Source of the DNA: Patellaria atrata CBS 101060
Taxonomy: Eukaryota
Reading direction: 5' to 3'
DNA length: 64,000 bases
NCBI GenBank assembly: GCA_010093705.1
Contig: MU006091.1
Location: 1,612,001-1,676,000 of the forward strand
A program made the position numbers and the translations under genes. This document shows, piece after piece, positions 25,134 through 38,129 of the stretch. Position 1 is the first letter of the stretch, and every line of letters begins with the position of its first letter. The notes beneath the pieces are model-generated. The model saw nothing but the letters and a program-made list of their open reading frames with translations, made no database searches and had not been told where the DNA came from.

Positions 25134-25588
25134 AATGTGAATGGTCAATTAAAAGCAGAAAAAATCGAGGGCCTGTATTAAGTGTGGAGGTGTTTGGAGG
25201 TGTTTGAATTGTTGAAGAGATATGATGAGATAATTTGGCGTTTATCGGTACCGATACCGACCTCAGTCCCTGCCCATCACCAACAAGGGCTGCTAAAACA
25301 GACTAGACCAGGCGCCAAAAGCTTGTTTGCACGCTGCAAAGACGAACTTGAATGACAGGTGCGCGGGGTGATCGACTTGCACTCCTAAGGTGTCCCCTAC
25401 TCCCCTTTCACCCTCATACAGTTCAGAATTTCAGACTTTCAATCTGCACCTCACAAGCTCACATCTATCTGACTTCCTGGATTCCGTCTTTATTCCTATC
25501 TCTCAATCCTCAAAGTGCTGCTCGGATTCTCAGACTGCCTTCGATGATGACACCGTCATAGGTAGTCGCTCAGCCCGTTGTGAAACCG

Positions 25589-27399
25589 ATGACGAGACCT
25601 ATTCCTTTGTCTGCAATGTCCGGTACATTCGATTACCCACCAGCTTCATCATCTAGCGGTGAAGGGTTTTCCGCTCAGCTTCAACGCATCCGGGAGGCAC
25701 TACAACGCGAGAGGGGACAAGAACGAGCAGAACGTGACGCAGCCGCAACCGAGAGACAATCACAGGCTCAAATGTCTTCGTCTGGACGTACGAGACGCTC
25801 ACAGTTCTCCAGAGGGCGAATAATGAGCCCTCCTTTTATCAATGATAGTCGAAATACTCGACGTCCAGCGGATGAGTCCGCTGTTCCGCCTCTTCCTCGG
25901 CCCACATACAATAGTGACCGGCAGGGTTCAACACCTTGGTCTGAACGATATCGAAGCAGCCGACGTCGAACGCGTGATCAGCAGGAGTTTGACGATACAA
26001 TAGCTGACCTAGCGGCCATGGACGCTGCAATCCCTGCGGTTCCTCCTTGGCCGGAATCTCTGAGCGGACCCCTTCCGACTGCATTTGATCAACAGTTTCA
26101 GCACTACAATAGGCAGAGGGCAAAGAGGAGGAAACTTAATTACGACGATAACCGATATGGATTCCAAGGATTTCAATATGGTTATTTTGGTCAGGTTGTC
26201 CCGGGCCGCTTGAAAATGGAGATCGTCAGTTGCGATGGCGGAGAATACTCAGAACAGTCCTCACGTACTTCGTCTCTAACGTTCAGTCCTGAGAATATTT
26301 TGGTCAACAACAAAAGCGTTTATTGCACTACGAGTTCACGTTGTAACATAATACTACGACATCAGGGGGAGACGACCTTCAGCTTAGACAGGCTGGTTAT
26401 CAAGGCACCAGATAAAGGGTTCACCGCTCCGTGAGATTAGAGTTTTAAGTTTTTCAGGGGTTGACGCTAACAATCATATAGTGTTCAAGAGGGTATGATT
26501 TTCGTCTCCATGAAGTCCGAAAATCTCCTCAGTCGAACAGCTCATTATCAGATTGAGTATCCACCTCCTTCTACCGGATCTTCCCCATCATCATCCACAT
26601 CCTCTAGGGATAACGAACGATTGACCATCCTTGAAAGTCTCAACGATCCTATTATTCAGGAGGGCTGGCGTCGCCACCGCGAAGGACGGAACCAGGAAAA
26701 TGCCGATAACTTTATTCGCCAACGCCGTCGAGCAGCTCTTCTCGGTCTCCTTCGTTCTCGTAATACACAGAGGACTCTCAATCAGGATGAGAATGGTACG
26801 AACCCTTGTGAAGATGAGCGGGGTGAAGACTCTGGTTTACCACCTCCTGAAGCGGGTATTCCACGCCCACCACCATTTAGAGTGACTACACAAAGTGATG
26901 CAGATGAAAGCGATGAAGAACATACTAGTGCTGCGGTTCTCGTAGATCGTTACAGTCGTGAAGCTAGATTTTTCACAGACACATCGGAAGACTCCGATGA
27001 GCTAAGTCCGAGGAGGATTTTCCGTGAAGCAAGGAACGATTATCGCGCCGCAAGTGGAACAAATTATCTTAGGGCAGCTCGCCGAGTTGAACCGGCCCGT
27101 ATTGATACGAATGAAGCTACTACGCAAGATGGAGATTCGGATATTCTTCCATATCACGCCCGCTTCTTCATCGAGAAGCACAAGAGTAAAATTACAGTCA
27201 AGTTTGAACCCCCTGTGTGAGTACTCTTAGTCTATTCGTGCTACATTGAGGATGATTATTCTAATAGTCTGTAAGGTCGGGGAAGTTCGTGTTACTTAAA
27301 CTCTGGAGTCCCCTTCATAATGGGAACATCGACATTCAAAGTGTTGCAACATATGGTTATGCGGGGCCAAGGTACTTCCCAGCCTGTGAGCTTCGCTAA
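25589..27399 (+). CDS. Uncharacterised fungal protein, probable split beta-sandwich (galactose-binding/discoidin-like) domain
   Basis: ORFs 25580-26434 and 26495-27220 are joined by canonical introns (about 26431-26481 and 27217-27276). Final exon reads SGKFVLLKLWSP...NIDIQSV...GPRYFPACELR*. Start codon uncertain (25589 or 25616). Confidence 0.75.
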
Positions 27400-28350
27400 A
27401 TCCCCCTTCTTTTGGTTGTACATACAATACATTAATAGTGTCATTTCAAAATGAGTGTTACTGGTCAAGCGAATAGAGCATCAAGCATACGGGATGAATG
27501 ATAAGGAAAACGTAATGAACAGCTAGTTGGATTAGAGCATTATAATCCCCCTTCAAATGATAGTGAACATAAGTGCCAAGACCTACTACCATTGCGACCC
27601 TCCTCTCCTAGTACATTTTATTCTAGATAAAAACATGCGCGTTCTTCGCATTGTATGTGCACTCTTTAATCTCTTTGCGATTGTTTCCAACGTAGTAATG
27701 CCATATGAGAGACAACCAACCTTTCCGCAAAAATGATACAAGGGGAAAAGGATAATTTACTACCCGATTAGGCTTAGCTCAGGGACGTGGTCTACACATA
27801 TGGTAATCATTGTCATGATTCTTAAAATGTAATAATTCTTCAGTTCTCAAATTCTACACCACGCGATACCGGTTTGTACTTAGATAGCCGTGCGGAAATG
27901 AAATGCATAATCGATCAGCTCGGTTCGGATAGGGGTAAGGTCAGGTAGGACTGCCGTCTGCCGAACTGTGAATGTATTAGTGAGCTATTAGTGAGCGATG
28001 ATGCGATCTGTCGACTCAGGTGATTGATAATCGACGGTATGCAAAGTGTTACCTTGTTAGAATTGCGTAACGTAACGTAGGTTCATGTATGCATGCGGGG
28101 TATCTGTACATACAAGTCTAAGTTGGATTTACACTTCGAGTCAATTTGATAGGTATCAAGCTCGATCAGTGTATTGTATGCGTCACATCTCTCTGGTTGA
28201 TTTTTATCAAACCTATTCCATCCTCAGAAAGAAGCACATTCTGAGTTTCGACTGTGTAATGACTGGACTGGTTTAATTCTCCACTCACACGGTTTCATCC
28301 ACCATAGTACGCAGATAGTCGCATAACTAGACAGATATCCAGCATTTTCA

Positions 28351-29591
28351 ATGGCCGAAGAAAATGTATGTCCATAATTCCGTCTACGGCAACCCCACGA
28401 GTCTGCTAACCTTCCCTAACAGCCAAAAAAGGATCTCTTCAACAACGCTGACTCAGATGGCCGTTTCAATCGTAAACCATCTACCTTCCGCTCTTGGGTC
28501 GTGCCATCCTCCTCCCTCAATTCCGACTCCGCCTCTAACACTAATGGGACCTCCCCAATCCAAAGCTTTCCCGCCGCAAAAGGCCGCTATGTACTCTACA
28601 TTCACCTCGTCTGTCCTTGGGCCCATCGCACACTCATCACGCACCGCCTTAAAGGGTTGCAGGATGTCATTAGGGTGATTGAACTTGATGATATGGATAG
28701 GGAGTTCGGTTGGTGCTGGAATGGAAAGGGAAAACATGGCTGGACGGAGGATCCAATTTATGGGGGTACGAAGTATTTGAGAGGGTTGTATGATAGAGCT
28801 GTGCAGAACAGTGGAGAGCGGAAATTTGAGGGGAGGGTTACAGTTCCGGTGCTTTGGGATTTGGAGGAAGGTATGTATTAATTTACACCCAAAGGAAAAG
28901 GGTCTATGCGTCAAAAGTTCTGACATACAAATTGTAGGGACCATCGTGAACAACGAATCGGGCGAAATCATCCGCATGTTATACTCGGCTTTCGACGAAT
29001 TCCTACCTGAAGGACAACGAGAGGTTTCCAAAGGTGGTAAAGGTCTTCTCCCTGACCATCTCAAAGAAAGAATCAACAGTATGAACGAGTGGGTATACCA
29101 TGAAATCAATAACGGGGTCTACAAGTGTGGCTTCGCGGCCGCGCAGGAAGCCTACGATGAGAATATCTACAAGCTCTTCGACGCCCTCGACAGGGTGGAG
29201 GCATGGCTGGGCCAACAGGGCAAGGGACCGTATCTCTTTGGGGAGGACATAACGGAGGCGGATATTAGGTTGTTCCCTACGCTTATCAGGTTCGATGTCG
29301 CGTATTTTACAATCTTTAAGTGTAATTTGAAGATGATCAGGTATGAGTATCCACGGATACATCAGTGGTTGAGGAATCTGTATTGGGACGAGCGCGGGAA
29401 GACGAAGGGCGCATTTAGGGAGACGGTGGCCTTTGATGCGGTAAGTTTTCTATATTCTCGCGGTGATTATGCGGTATCTTTGTTCGTAGAATGATGCTAA
29501 GAAGGCCCGATAGTACAAGTATGGGTACTCCCAGGCAACGAAGCAGAAGGTCGTCCCAGCGGGCCCTAGGCCGAATATTCTCCCATTGTAA
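28351..29591 (+). CDS. Omega-like glutathione S-transferase / glutathionyl-hydroquinone reductase (Ecm4/Gto family)
   Basis: CPWAHR active site, RVTVPVLWD, IVNNESGEIIR, INNGVYKCGFA and ADIRLFPTLIRFD motifs. Introns at 28366-28422, 28871-28937 and 29441-29513. Confidence 0.93.
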
Positions 29592-29856
29592 AGGTGTGAG
29601 TATGACAAGGATACAAGGAAGGATTAGAGGAGTCGAGCTGAAAATCAAGTGGGCGGTACATTGCAAAGTATGGAGGTTCGGTGAGGCTGTCACTTTGTTG
29701 CTTGGTGTTTCCATTTGCCCCACTGAGGTTTAGGTTGGTGGCTGTCTCCGTAACCCCCTAAACTTCAATCAGTTTAGCAGAAGACACTTAGGGATAGTGT
29801 GGGGTCCCCTTGGATGCTCCAGCCTCACTTTGATGGTTTGAACCAGTTAGAAAGCA

Positions 29857-29888
29857 GTATTTCTGGTATTTCTGGTATTTCTGGTATG
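29857..29888. repeat. 9-bp tandem repeat (GTATTTCTG)x3
   Basis: Read directly from the sequence. Confidence 0.85.
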
Positions 29889-30425
29889 GTAAGGTATTTC
29901 TAGCTGCCTTACAAGTATAAGCCCGTGCTTCTCTCCACTTCCTTGTCCATACTCCATAGAAACGTGGGAGCCTGTTCGCCAGTTGTGTGCTCATCGAAAC
30001 TGCTCACGATATATCTGACTATTTGAACCTCCCTTTCTGCCTGCTCAACTCTCCCACTGTAACATATACCCCGCCCACTTCCTCCTTTATGATTAATGAA
30101 TACACTTCTCGTTGTTGTCGCTGAATTGTGCTCTTCTTTGCTGTCAGTGTCATAGCTTCACACCGCATTCTAGTTCTATACCCATACGATAAGCCGCCCT
30201 TTTCCTCAACACGCACCACAGTGACCACCTGCAAGCCTCTCCCCGACTGTACCTCCAAACTTACAATATTCACCATTTGACTTTTAGATCACGAGATACC
30301 TACTTCACTTACCACTCCATTCATCCTCGTCGCTGTTTGTGTAAGCTTCCCTGAGCTAGTTCTTGCACGGTCTGGTGCCCCCCAAAGTCTTCACAACTTC
30401 AAACGCACGTCTTGGAAGCTGCACG

Positions 30426-33400
30426 ATGAGTGTGACTACTAGTTCTGCCAACATAGATCCTCCGCCTCTACTCTTCGGCCAACGTTCGCCTTCGCCCCCA
30501 TCTTTCTCTCCACAACAACTCTCTCCGACACATTCGCTTCAACCACAAAGCCCGCAGCACAGCCCTCTACCGCAACCTCAAAACATCGATAGAAATACAC
30601 CTACTACTTTAAGCCCTCAGGGTCAAGATCACGACCGAGAAGACGCCGCGATGGATAACATCGATCCGTTGCTTAATGGGCATGTGATTCAACCCGCGCA
30701 ACAAGTTAACGCTCAAGTGGACGACGATCATACAACGAATCCCGTTGTACCAGAAGATTTGATGGATGTCTCCCCAGAGAGCACACAGGCGCATGCCGGT
30801 TCTGACGAATCATCACAACCAGCCGCCTCGACAAATGGAACACAAAATGCGCAATCAGAAATAACAGGCGAAGAACCTCAAACTGTCGATGCAGAAATTA
30901 CACCTCCCACACAACCCTTCATCAATGCAAACGTCGTACGCATAAACTCGAATGGCAGCTCTATCGATTCTGGTGGGGACATGGCAACTAATGAACCCCC
31001 GATTGGATCCGGTGATCCCATACCTGTACCACCCACACCAGCAGTAGTAGAGTCGGAAAGCTCGCAGGAGGAGCCAGAGGATGACGATAACGGCTGGCAA
31101 CCCCTTGATGAAGACAATTCAGCTCCTGACGAGGATGAACTAAAGGAGATTGAAGCATCAGAAGAGCACAGCGCCCATGAACGTAAGTGATTATTGATAA
31201 CCCTTAAGGCTCCGAGCTAACTGAATATGATAGATGAGTACTGGGAAAGTAAGACGTTTCTCGACCTAGAAGAACCTGAATATCGTGCTGGAATCACTGG
31301 ACGTCTGGACTGGCTCGTAAATAATTACAACGGGACTAAAGAAAATCCCAACAAGGATGCTCTAATGAGATCACCGACAATGAGGATTGGCGACTACGAA
31401 ATCCGTATGAAGTTTTTCCCCAAAGGAAACGACACTGATTTCATGAGTGTATATGTTGAATGTCCTACTGTTCAGCCGCCCCCGCCACCCCCACCTCCTC
31501 AGACAATTGAGGGGCCAGCTCCAGAGGGTGTTTCCGAGTCAGAATGGAAGAAAGACGATGCGGAGATGTCAGGCACCCAGCAAGATGAAGAAGGATCCCA
31601 GTCAGAACCTGAGTACGAGACCCAATTCACACCTCTGCCGCTACTTGACGGAAAGACAGTGGTCAAGCGCAAGAGTTTCGCTGCGCAAGTCTCTGTACTT
31701 TGCTACAATCCGGAAGAACCGCGTGTAAATGTCTTCAGAACCGCTCTGCATCGTTTCTGTCCCGAATCTCCAGATTGGGGCTGGACTAGGTACCATGGAC
31801 CCCTGTATGATATCCGTGTCCGACATCGCGGAAGTCGACAGGCCTTGCTACGCAATGATAAACTCGCTTTCAGGTGTTACATCCGTTTGATCGAAGACGA
31901 TACTGAATGTCTAGGAGAGCATAGTAATAACGAGAATCCATGGAACAGTCTTAGAATGACTGGATTGCAAGGTCTCTCAACTTCAGAAAACTCCATCGCT
32001 CCCGGCGGAAACCTGATTTCTGCAATATCGGCGTGGATGCTTTTTAAGCCCTTCCGGGAGTTTCTCTATCAATGTAAATCACCAGACCCTATCAAGGAGC
32101 CCAAAGCGCCACCAGCGCCTATCCTAGCTGCTTTGCAGAAAATCCTCTATATGTTGAGAACACCCTCGTTATCTGGGACTATTGGGCTAGAGGATCTAAC
32201 AGGAGCGTTCGAATATTATGGTATCAATGAAAAGATAGAAAAAATGGATGTCGTGGAAATCTGGGACCTACTGCGCACAAAACTGGACCAGGAAACTGTA
32301 GGCACCGATTTTGAGGGATATCTCGATGATATGTTCCGCACGCCCATCAACAGTAACGATAACTACCCGAAGTTTCGAGTTCCCGTTCGAGGTTCTGGAA
32401 GCGTTCAGGATGCGATGGATAAAGCGCAGGCGTCCGCAACACTCGACCACTCTCCGCCCCAGCTTCTCACCGTCGAACTTCTGCGCCAAGAGTTTGATGA
32501 GAAGGCTCGCTCGTTCAAGAAGCTTGCGAATAGGATCATGTTGAACGAGGTAGTCAAATTTGATGGGATTGTGTACTATCTTTACGGTCAAATCGTACAT
32601 AGAGAGAACCTCCAATCTAGTCTATATCACTCAGTTCTTCGTCCAGATCGATATGATGGGAAGTGGTATCAATACTCAGATGGCAAAGACGAGAACCGAG
32701 TTACATGTTTGCCCAAACGTCTGGCTACCGAAGCACTGGAAGGCAGTGAGAACGGCAATGAAACAGACGCGGTTACTTACATCCTCTTATATGTCCGGCA
32801 TGATGTTGAGAAGCAGTGCCACGAACCTGAGACTGAGCCCACCTGGGATGTACCGCAATGGATCGTTGATGAGGTATATAAAATGCGCAATCCCATTCCC
32901 CCTCCATTCATACCCGATCCACTTGGTATCTCGGCTTGGAACGCATCAGCAAAGGCAAAGGAAGGCGGTTCACTGAAGGAGACTAGGATGATTGAGTTTG
33001 AAGTCTTTGACTCTAGGGCGTTCCTCGATCACGAAGGTCCCGGTATCGTGAATGTCTTCCATCCTTCATGGGAGTCTGGTGGCTCTGACATCGGCTGGCG
33101 ATTCAACTATTCACCGAAGCACCTTTACAAAGTTTCAGTTAATGCAAATTCAACCGCAGAAGACTTTAGAGTGGCTTTAGCCTCCGTGATTAAAGAGGTT
33201 GAAGATCCCCGACAGTGCAGATTTTGGTCAATCGACACCCGTTCGGGCTCTGAGTCTCGACCAAACCTGATTTCCAGTACTTCCATAGAGCTTTTCCACC
33301 AAGAGATCCTTCACAAACATGGGAAGTTTGTCATCAAGGATTTGCAAGAGAAGTCACCAGAATGCAGGATTTGGGTTCACATCGTGCCTTTGGCTGATTT

Positions 33401-34754
33401 ACCACCACCCCCTCCGGCCCCAGAGGAGATACCGGTACCATCCCCACTTCAAGCTTCTTTAGATGCTCCGACCAATGAGCCCATGATTACAGATGCTCCT
33501 CAGCAGGATGCTACGCCCGAAGTCGAAGTACCTGCGACTGGGCAGGCGGCTCAATCGAATGAGAACCAGTCAAATGCCGAGGTTCAAGTTGTTCAAGAAG
33601 TAGCAGTTATCGAAGAGGCTACTGTGCCCAACGAAGACACGGTAATGAGCGAAGATGGTAATGTTCCAGAAATCACGGAAAATGCTCCCGGGAGTGTTAC
33701 AGAAGCTCAATCGAGCCAGCAGCAGGAAGATGCAGTCATGGCTGAAGTTCCAGCCAATACGGACTCTACGACCGCTCCAGGAGTTGAAATCATCACAGTC
33801 CCTGCCCCAGTGTTGCCATATGTCCCTTCGATGTTTCCACTTAATCCGCCCGGAATGCGCCTTGGAGCACCTCCCCCAGATATCGACATGGGCGAGGCGA
33901 TGCCTCCCCCGCCTCCCCCGCCTCCAGATGAGATATATATCTTCCTCAAGTGGTATAACGCTGAGTCTGAATCACTCGTATCCCGCGGTTCGTTCTTTGT
34001 TAAGAAGAGTGACAAGATTGGTCCCACCATCCTTAAACTACTCCATCTCCCCAGTGGTACCCCCCTCGATGTTTTTGAGGAAGAGGAAATCTCCACCGCC
34101 AATCCCATCTCCCGCCGTCGTACCTTCGCACAAGAAAACGTAGACAGTACGGCTATCATCATCGCGACCTCCCCCATCACGGATGAAACGAAAGCCGCAA
34201 TCTTGGCTCGTGCCAAACCCCCTGACCCAATTACCTATCTCAAGAGGGAGTCCGCGTTCCGCAACTTCCCACACCAGTTCCGAGGCGAGCTGGAGTTGGC
34301 TTACTTCAGCTCCGAGTACCACATCGGAGCCTTCGTCAATCGCCTTCCCCACGGGGAAGGCACCCACATCTACTTCTCCGGTGATAAGTACGTCGGCAAC
34401 TTCGTCCAAGGGACTCGCGCCGGCAACGGCGTCATGACGTACGCCTCCGGGGATGTGTACGAGGGAGACTGGGCCGACGGTCTCCAGCACGGCCAAGGCT
34501 CGTACACGGACGCGGAGACGGGGAACAAGTACGTCGGCGGCTGGAAGCAGGGGAAGAGGTTCGGTGAGGGGGTCACCCACTGGAAGGTGGCCCAGGAGAC
34601 GGAGCGCCTCTGCCGCATCTGCTACGACGACGTGGCGGACGCGGCCTTCTACGATTGCGGCCACGTCGTCGCCTGCCTCGGCTGCGCTCGCCGCGTCGAG
34701 AGCTGTCCCATTTGCCGCAAGCGCGTCCTCGCGGCCATTAAGTTGTTCTTCTGA
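30426..34754 (+). CDS. MATH domain + USP-like (apparently inactive) + MORN repeats + C-terminal RING finger protein
   Basis: MATH motifs (MKFFPKGN...MSVYVE...DWGWTR), USP-fold segments, MORN repeats (YVGNFVQGTRAGNGVMTY, YEGDWADGLQHGQG, YVGGWKQGKRFGEG) and a RING (CRIC...CGH..AC..C......CPIC). Intron at 31183-31233. Confidence 0.88.
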
Positions 34755-35491
34755 GTTAGCGGTATGTAGAGAGGGATTAAAGGCCGGTGTTTTTGGCGTA
34801 TGGGATTTTAATAACGATTCTCATGATGATAATAGGGGAGTTATTTGGGGGTAATATGCCCCTCAGCTTTTGTCTAGATAGCCTATGATGGGAAACTCAT
34901 GTGTAGATTGCTTCATATTTCTCCTTTGCTCTTGTGTTTGATTGTGAAGATTTGTGTGTATGACGACTGCTCTGCAGTCCCATGTTCGGTATAGGTAATG
35001 TTCGCTTTGGGGTTGTTGTATAGGTCCTCTCGGAAGGGTGTTTGCGGTATCAGTTGGGAGATAGGGGATTATACGGATCACAAAGGGCTGTATTCACGCC
35101 TGTATAATAGTTATGTTCAAGATTTGCTAGCTCAGACGGAACCCTTGGGAGGATGGGCAAGGTAGGCGTTTAGTGAGCTAATAGTGGACCAGCGGAGAGT
35201 CTGGATCGCGGTAGAGGGGGACTTAGGAACGATGGGATAGAGTTACGTGACGTAGACGGGAAAGGTCATAGTGGTATTCATAGGGAGAGAGCGGCATTGA
35301 GTTCGGATACGAGAACGAACATTTGAATAGTTTCAGAATTCTAAAGTGTTGAGAGGTTCAATTTTCATTATATTGAGTACAGTATAAGGTGTAAATATAC
35401 CTTACGGTAAAATAGCAGTTCCGATGGTTATTCGATAAGTATTCCATTCCCCCAGACCACTAACTCAGACGTTCGAACCGGGATTCCGCAT

Positions 35492-38129
35492 TCAGCCTTT
35501 CCAGTTCTCATCGTAGGTCTCTATCCACTTACGATACCGTCGGAAGTCGCTGTAATAGTCGACGAAGAAGGCCGGGATCAAGATGAACGAAGGAGTGGAT
35601 AACCATATCAGGATGACGAATCCACGGTTGAAACCGATCAGCGGACTAAGCCAGATTGTTTGGAAGGCAATAATGAACATGATGGCTAACGTCCAAAAGG
35701 TTTTCTCCAAATGCCTCCGCCAGAATGGGGCAGAAGGCTTCTTCCATGGTCGGCGAGGATATTGCCCGTATTTAGCCCGTTTGAGACCTACAAAGTTAGT
35801 CTTCTGTAGGTAAAAAAGAATTGATTTGCTTTACTTGACGCGATTTCGATCGTTATAGCTTCTGTCATTCGTGTGAATGCAATTACAGGTTCGGTTGTGC
35901 TCTTTTCAATAACGTCCGTTGCAATTGCTCGTAGTGGACAATCGTATCTAAGAGTTATTCTCTTATCTGTCCGAGTGATGACAGAGAATCTAGCGCCCCG
36001 GTAAGATGTGAAGGGAAAATGGTCCCGTCCTTCATTCTCAGGCGAGAGAATGATGCAAACAGGGAAACGTTCGGGCTCTTCCCATTGATCATTCTCAGGC
36101 AGTAGAAGTTCAACGTCATAGGTAACTTCGCCCTTCAGCTTAAACGTCACGGGTCGTCCCGGTCTCTGAGATATATAGATATGAAGTTTGTCCCGATGAA
36201 TCAAATAAACCCCTGGCCTATCCCAATTGAACCCCAGTCTACCATCACCTGAAAGCGGTTGACAGTCCGGAAGATACGGCAACTATCGGTCGGAGCAATT
36301 CATTCCTGCATTTGCTCTTCGACCAGCACTGAAAAGAATATCGGCCGGGATCGAGCCTGTACGTGAAAGTATTATACTCATGCGATCTCCTTTCGCAGCC
36401 TGCATGATCTGCATCGCACTGAAATCCAATAAATTGGCTATAACAACATGAAGATCTTCGATTTGTGATGTTACTCTCTCCAACATGTGATTCCAGGTCA
36501 GAATGTACTGTTCGGATCTTACAGAAGAGCGTGTATTTGCAAAAAAATCTGCTCTATGCTTTTCAAAATACCTCTGCGTAGAGGTACATACAATATCACT
36601 GATGCGAGAGAGACATAATCTGTGATCGCTGCGACTTTGGTCGTAACGGTATCTTAGATGGATATAGATTCTCGTCATCCAGTGGGATTGGGCGAGGTAA
36701 AAGGATATAGTGATGTCTTGAAGCTGAATGAAAGCCCTACGACCCACGATACCCTCTTGTAGTGTCCAAGCCCGACTCAGCCAAGTTGAACAAAAGAGCC
36801 GTCCATCTAGCTGGAACCTGAAGTTTTCCCGCGACAGCAAAGAGGGTACCTCGATAGCTTGCATTTTTCGATCGAGTACCAGCACTTTCTCTACACTCAC
36901 ATAGATGAGATCCATTCGATTTATCGCCTTTGCTCTGAGATCTGCGAGATTACTTCTGACTGGAATGCAAAGCGTGTCCATCCAAATTAGAATACCCTCT
37001 CTTTCGATTTTAGCTCTTGTTTACGGGTCAATGAATTCAAACGTGAATCAACAAAATGAAAGAACTTCTCTAAGAGATTACGAGTTTCCGGAAGCTTCGA
37101 AGCCATTTCAGCAATTCGGCGCAGTTGACAGACATGGAGACCAGTCTCATGCGGATTTCCAAGTCCGTCTACCCAGACATGAGATATCGCAACAAATCTA
37201 CTGTAGGCATGGGCTTGGAAAACCTTAAGGTTAATAGGTTGGCTCTCCGCATCCTTATCAGTTATCATGATCAACGGTATGCCACCCTCCTGAATTATAC
37301 GTGCAATGTCATTGGTTGATGATGAAATGGTTGAGCATAAACAATTAGAATCCACATGTGAAGTCCAATAGTTGGACTGACTCGAATTGAAGGCAGTGCA
37401 CTTGTCCTTTGAGCAAGACACATGTATACCCAGCCTAGAAGGATGTCTAGGTAATGACGACATGTAATAGGCTGCAATAGGGTCAAAGGTATAACATACT
37501 CTATGCGCTTGATTAAGACATCAGCCTTGTTTTATCATGCGACTCAAGAGCCAATTAGAGGAAAGCGGGATCGCTGCATCTTTGGGAATCCGGCGCGGTA
37601 GAGCCACCGTGAGAATGCTATCCCGTATTGAGAGTGGAAACCTAAGCACAATATATCTTATAGTGGTTTTGATAGACAGAAGAATCTCGGACAACCAAGA
37701 TATTCGCATCTTAGAACATTGGTGTTCCACTTTTGCTGTCCAGTCAACGGTTACTTGGATCAAGATGTGTGCTCGATATAAGGCTATCTCAACCGCTAGA
37801 CCGGACGAACTGGAAATATGCCGTAACCAGTTATCTACAAGCAAAGGTAAGGCCCGATCATTGAGGAAAGTATGAGCACTGCCCGTATCATTGGTATTGC
37901 CAATCCCGACGGGACATCGAAAGAGTTCTGATAGGAATCCCATATAGAGCCATGATTGTACCAGTGCCGGAATATTGTTTTCATTGGCGATAACGTCACC
38001 CCCTACGTTGAGAAGTCCTATCCGCTGAGGGAGTGTATTGAATCCTCTGAAATCATAAACCGGCCCTTCGAGGTGTGGTATCTCGATACGTTTAAGAGGA
38101 GATCCGTGAGGATACGGGAGAAAGTCCAT
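35492..38129 (-). pseudogene. HET (heterokaryon incompatibility) domain gene, disrupted
   Basis: HET motifs FVAISHVWVDGLGNP, WMDTLCIP, VLVLD and WLSRAWTLQEG across colinear ORFs. In-frame stops at 37521-37523 (TGA) and 36283-36285 (TAG), frame change near 36990-37020, intact intron 35788-35834, and a hydrophobic C-terminal exon. Confidence 0.85.
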
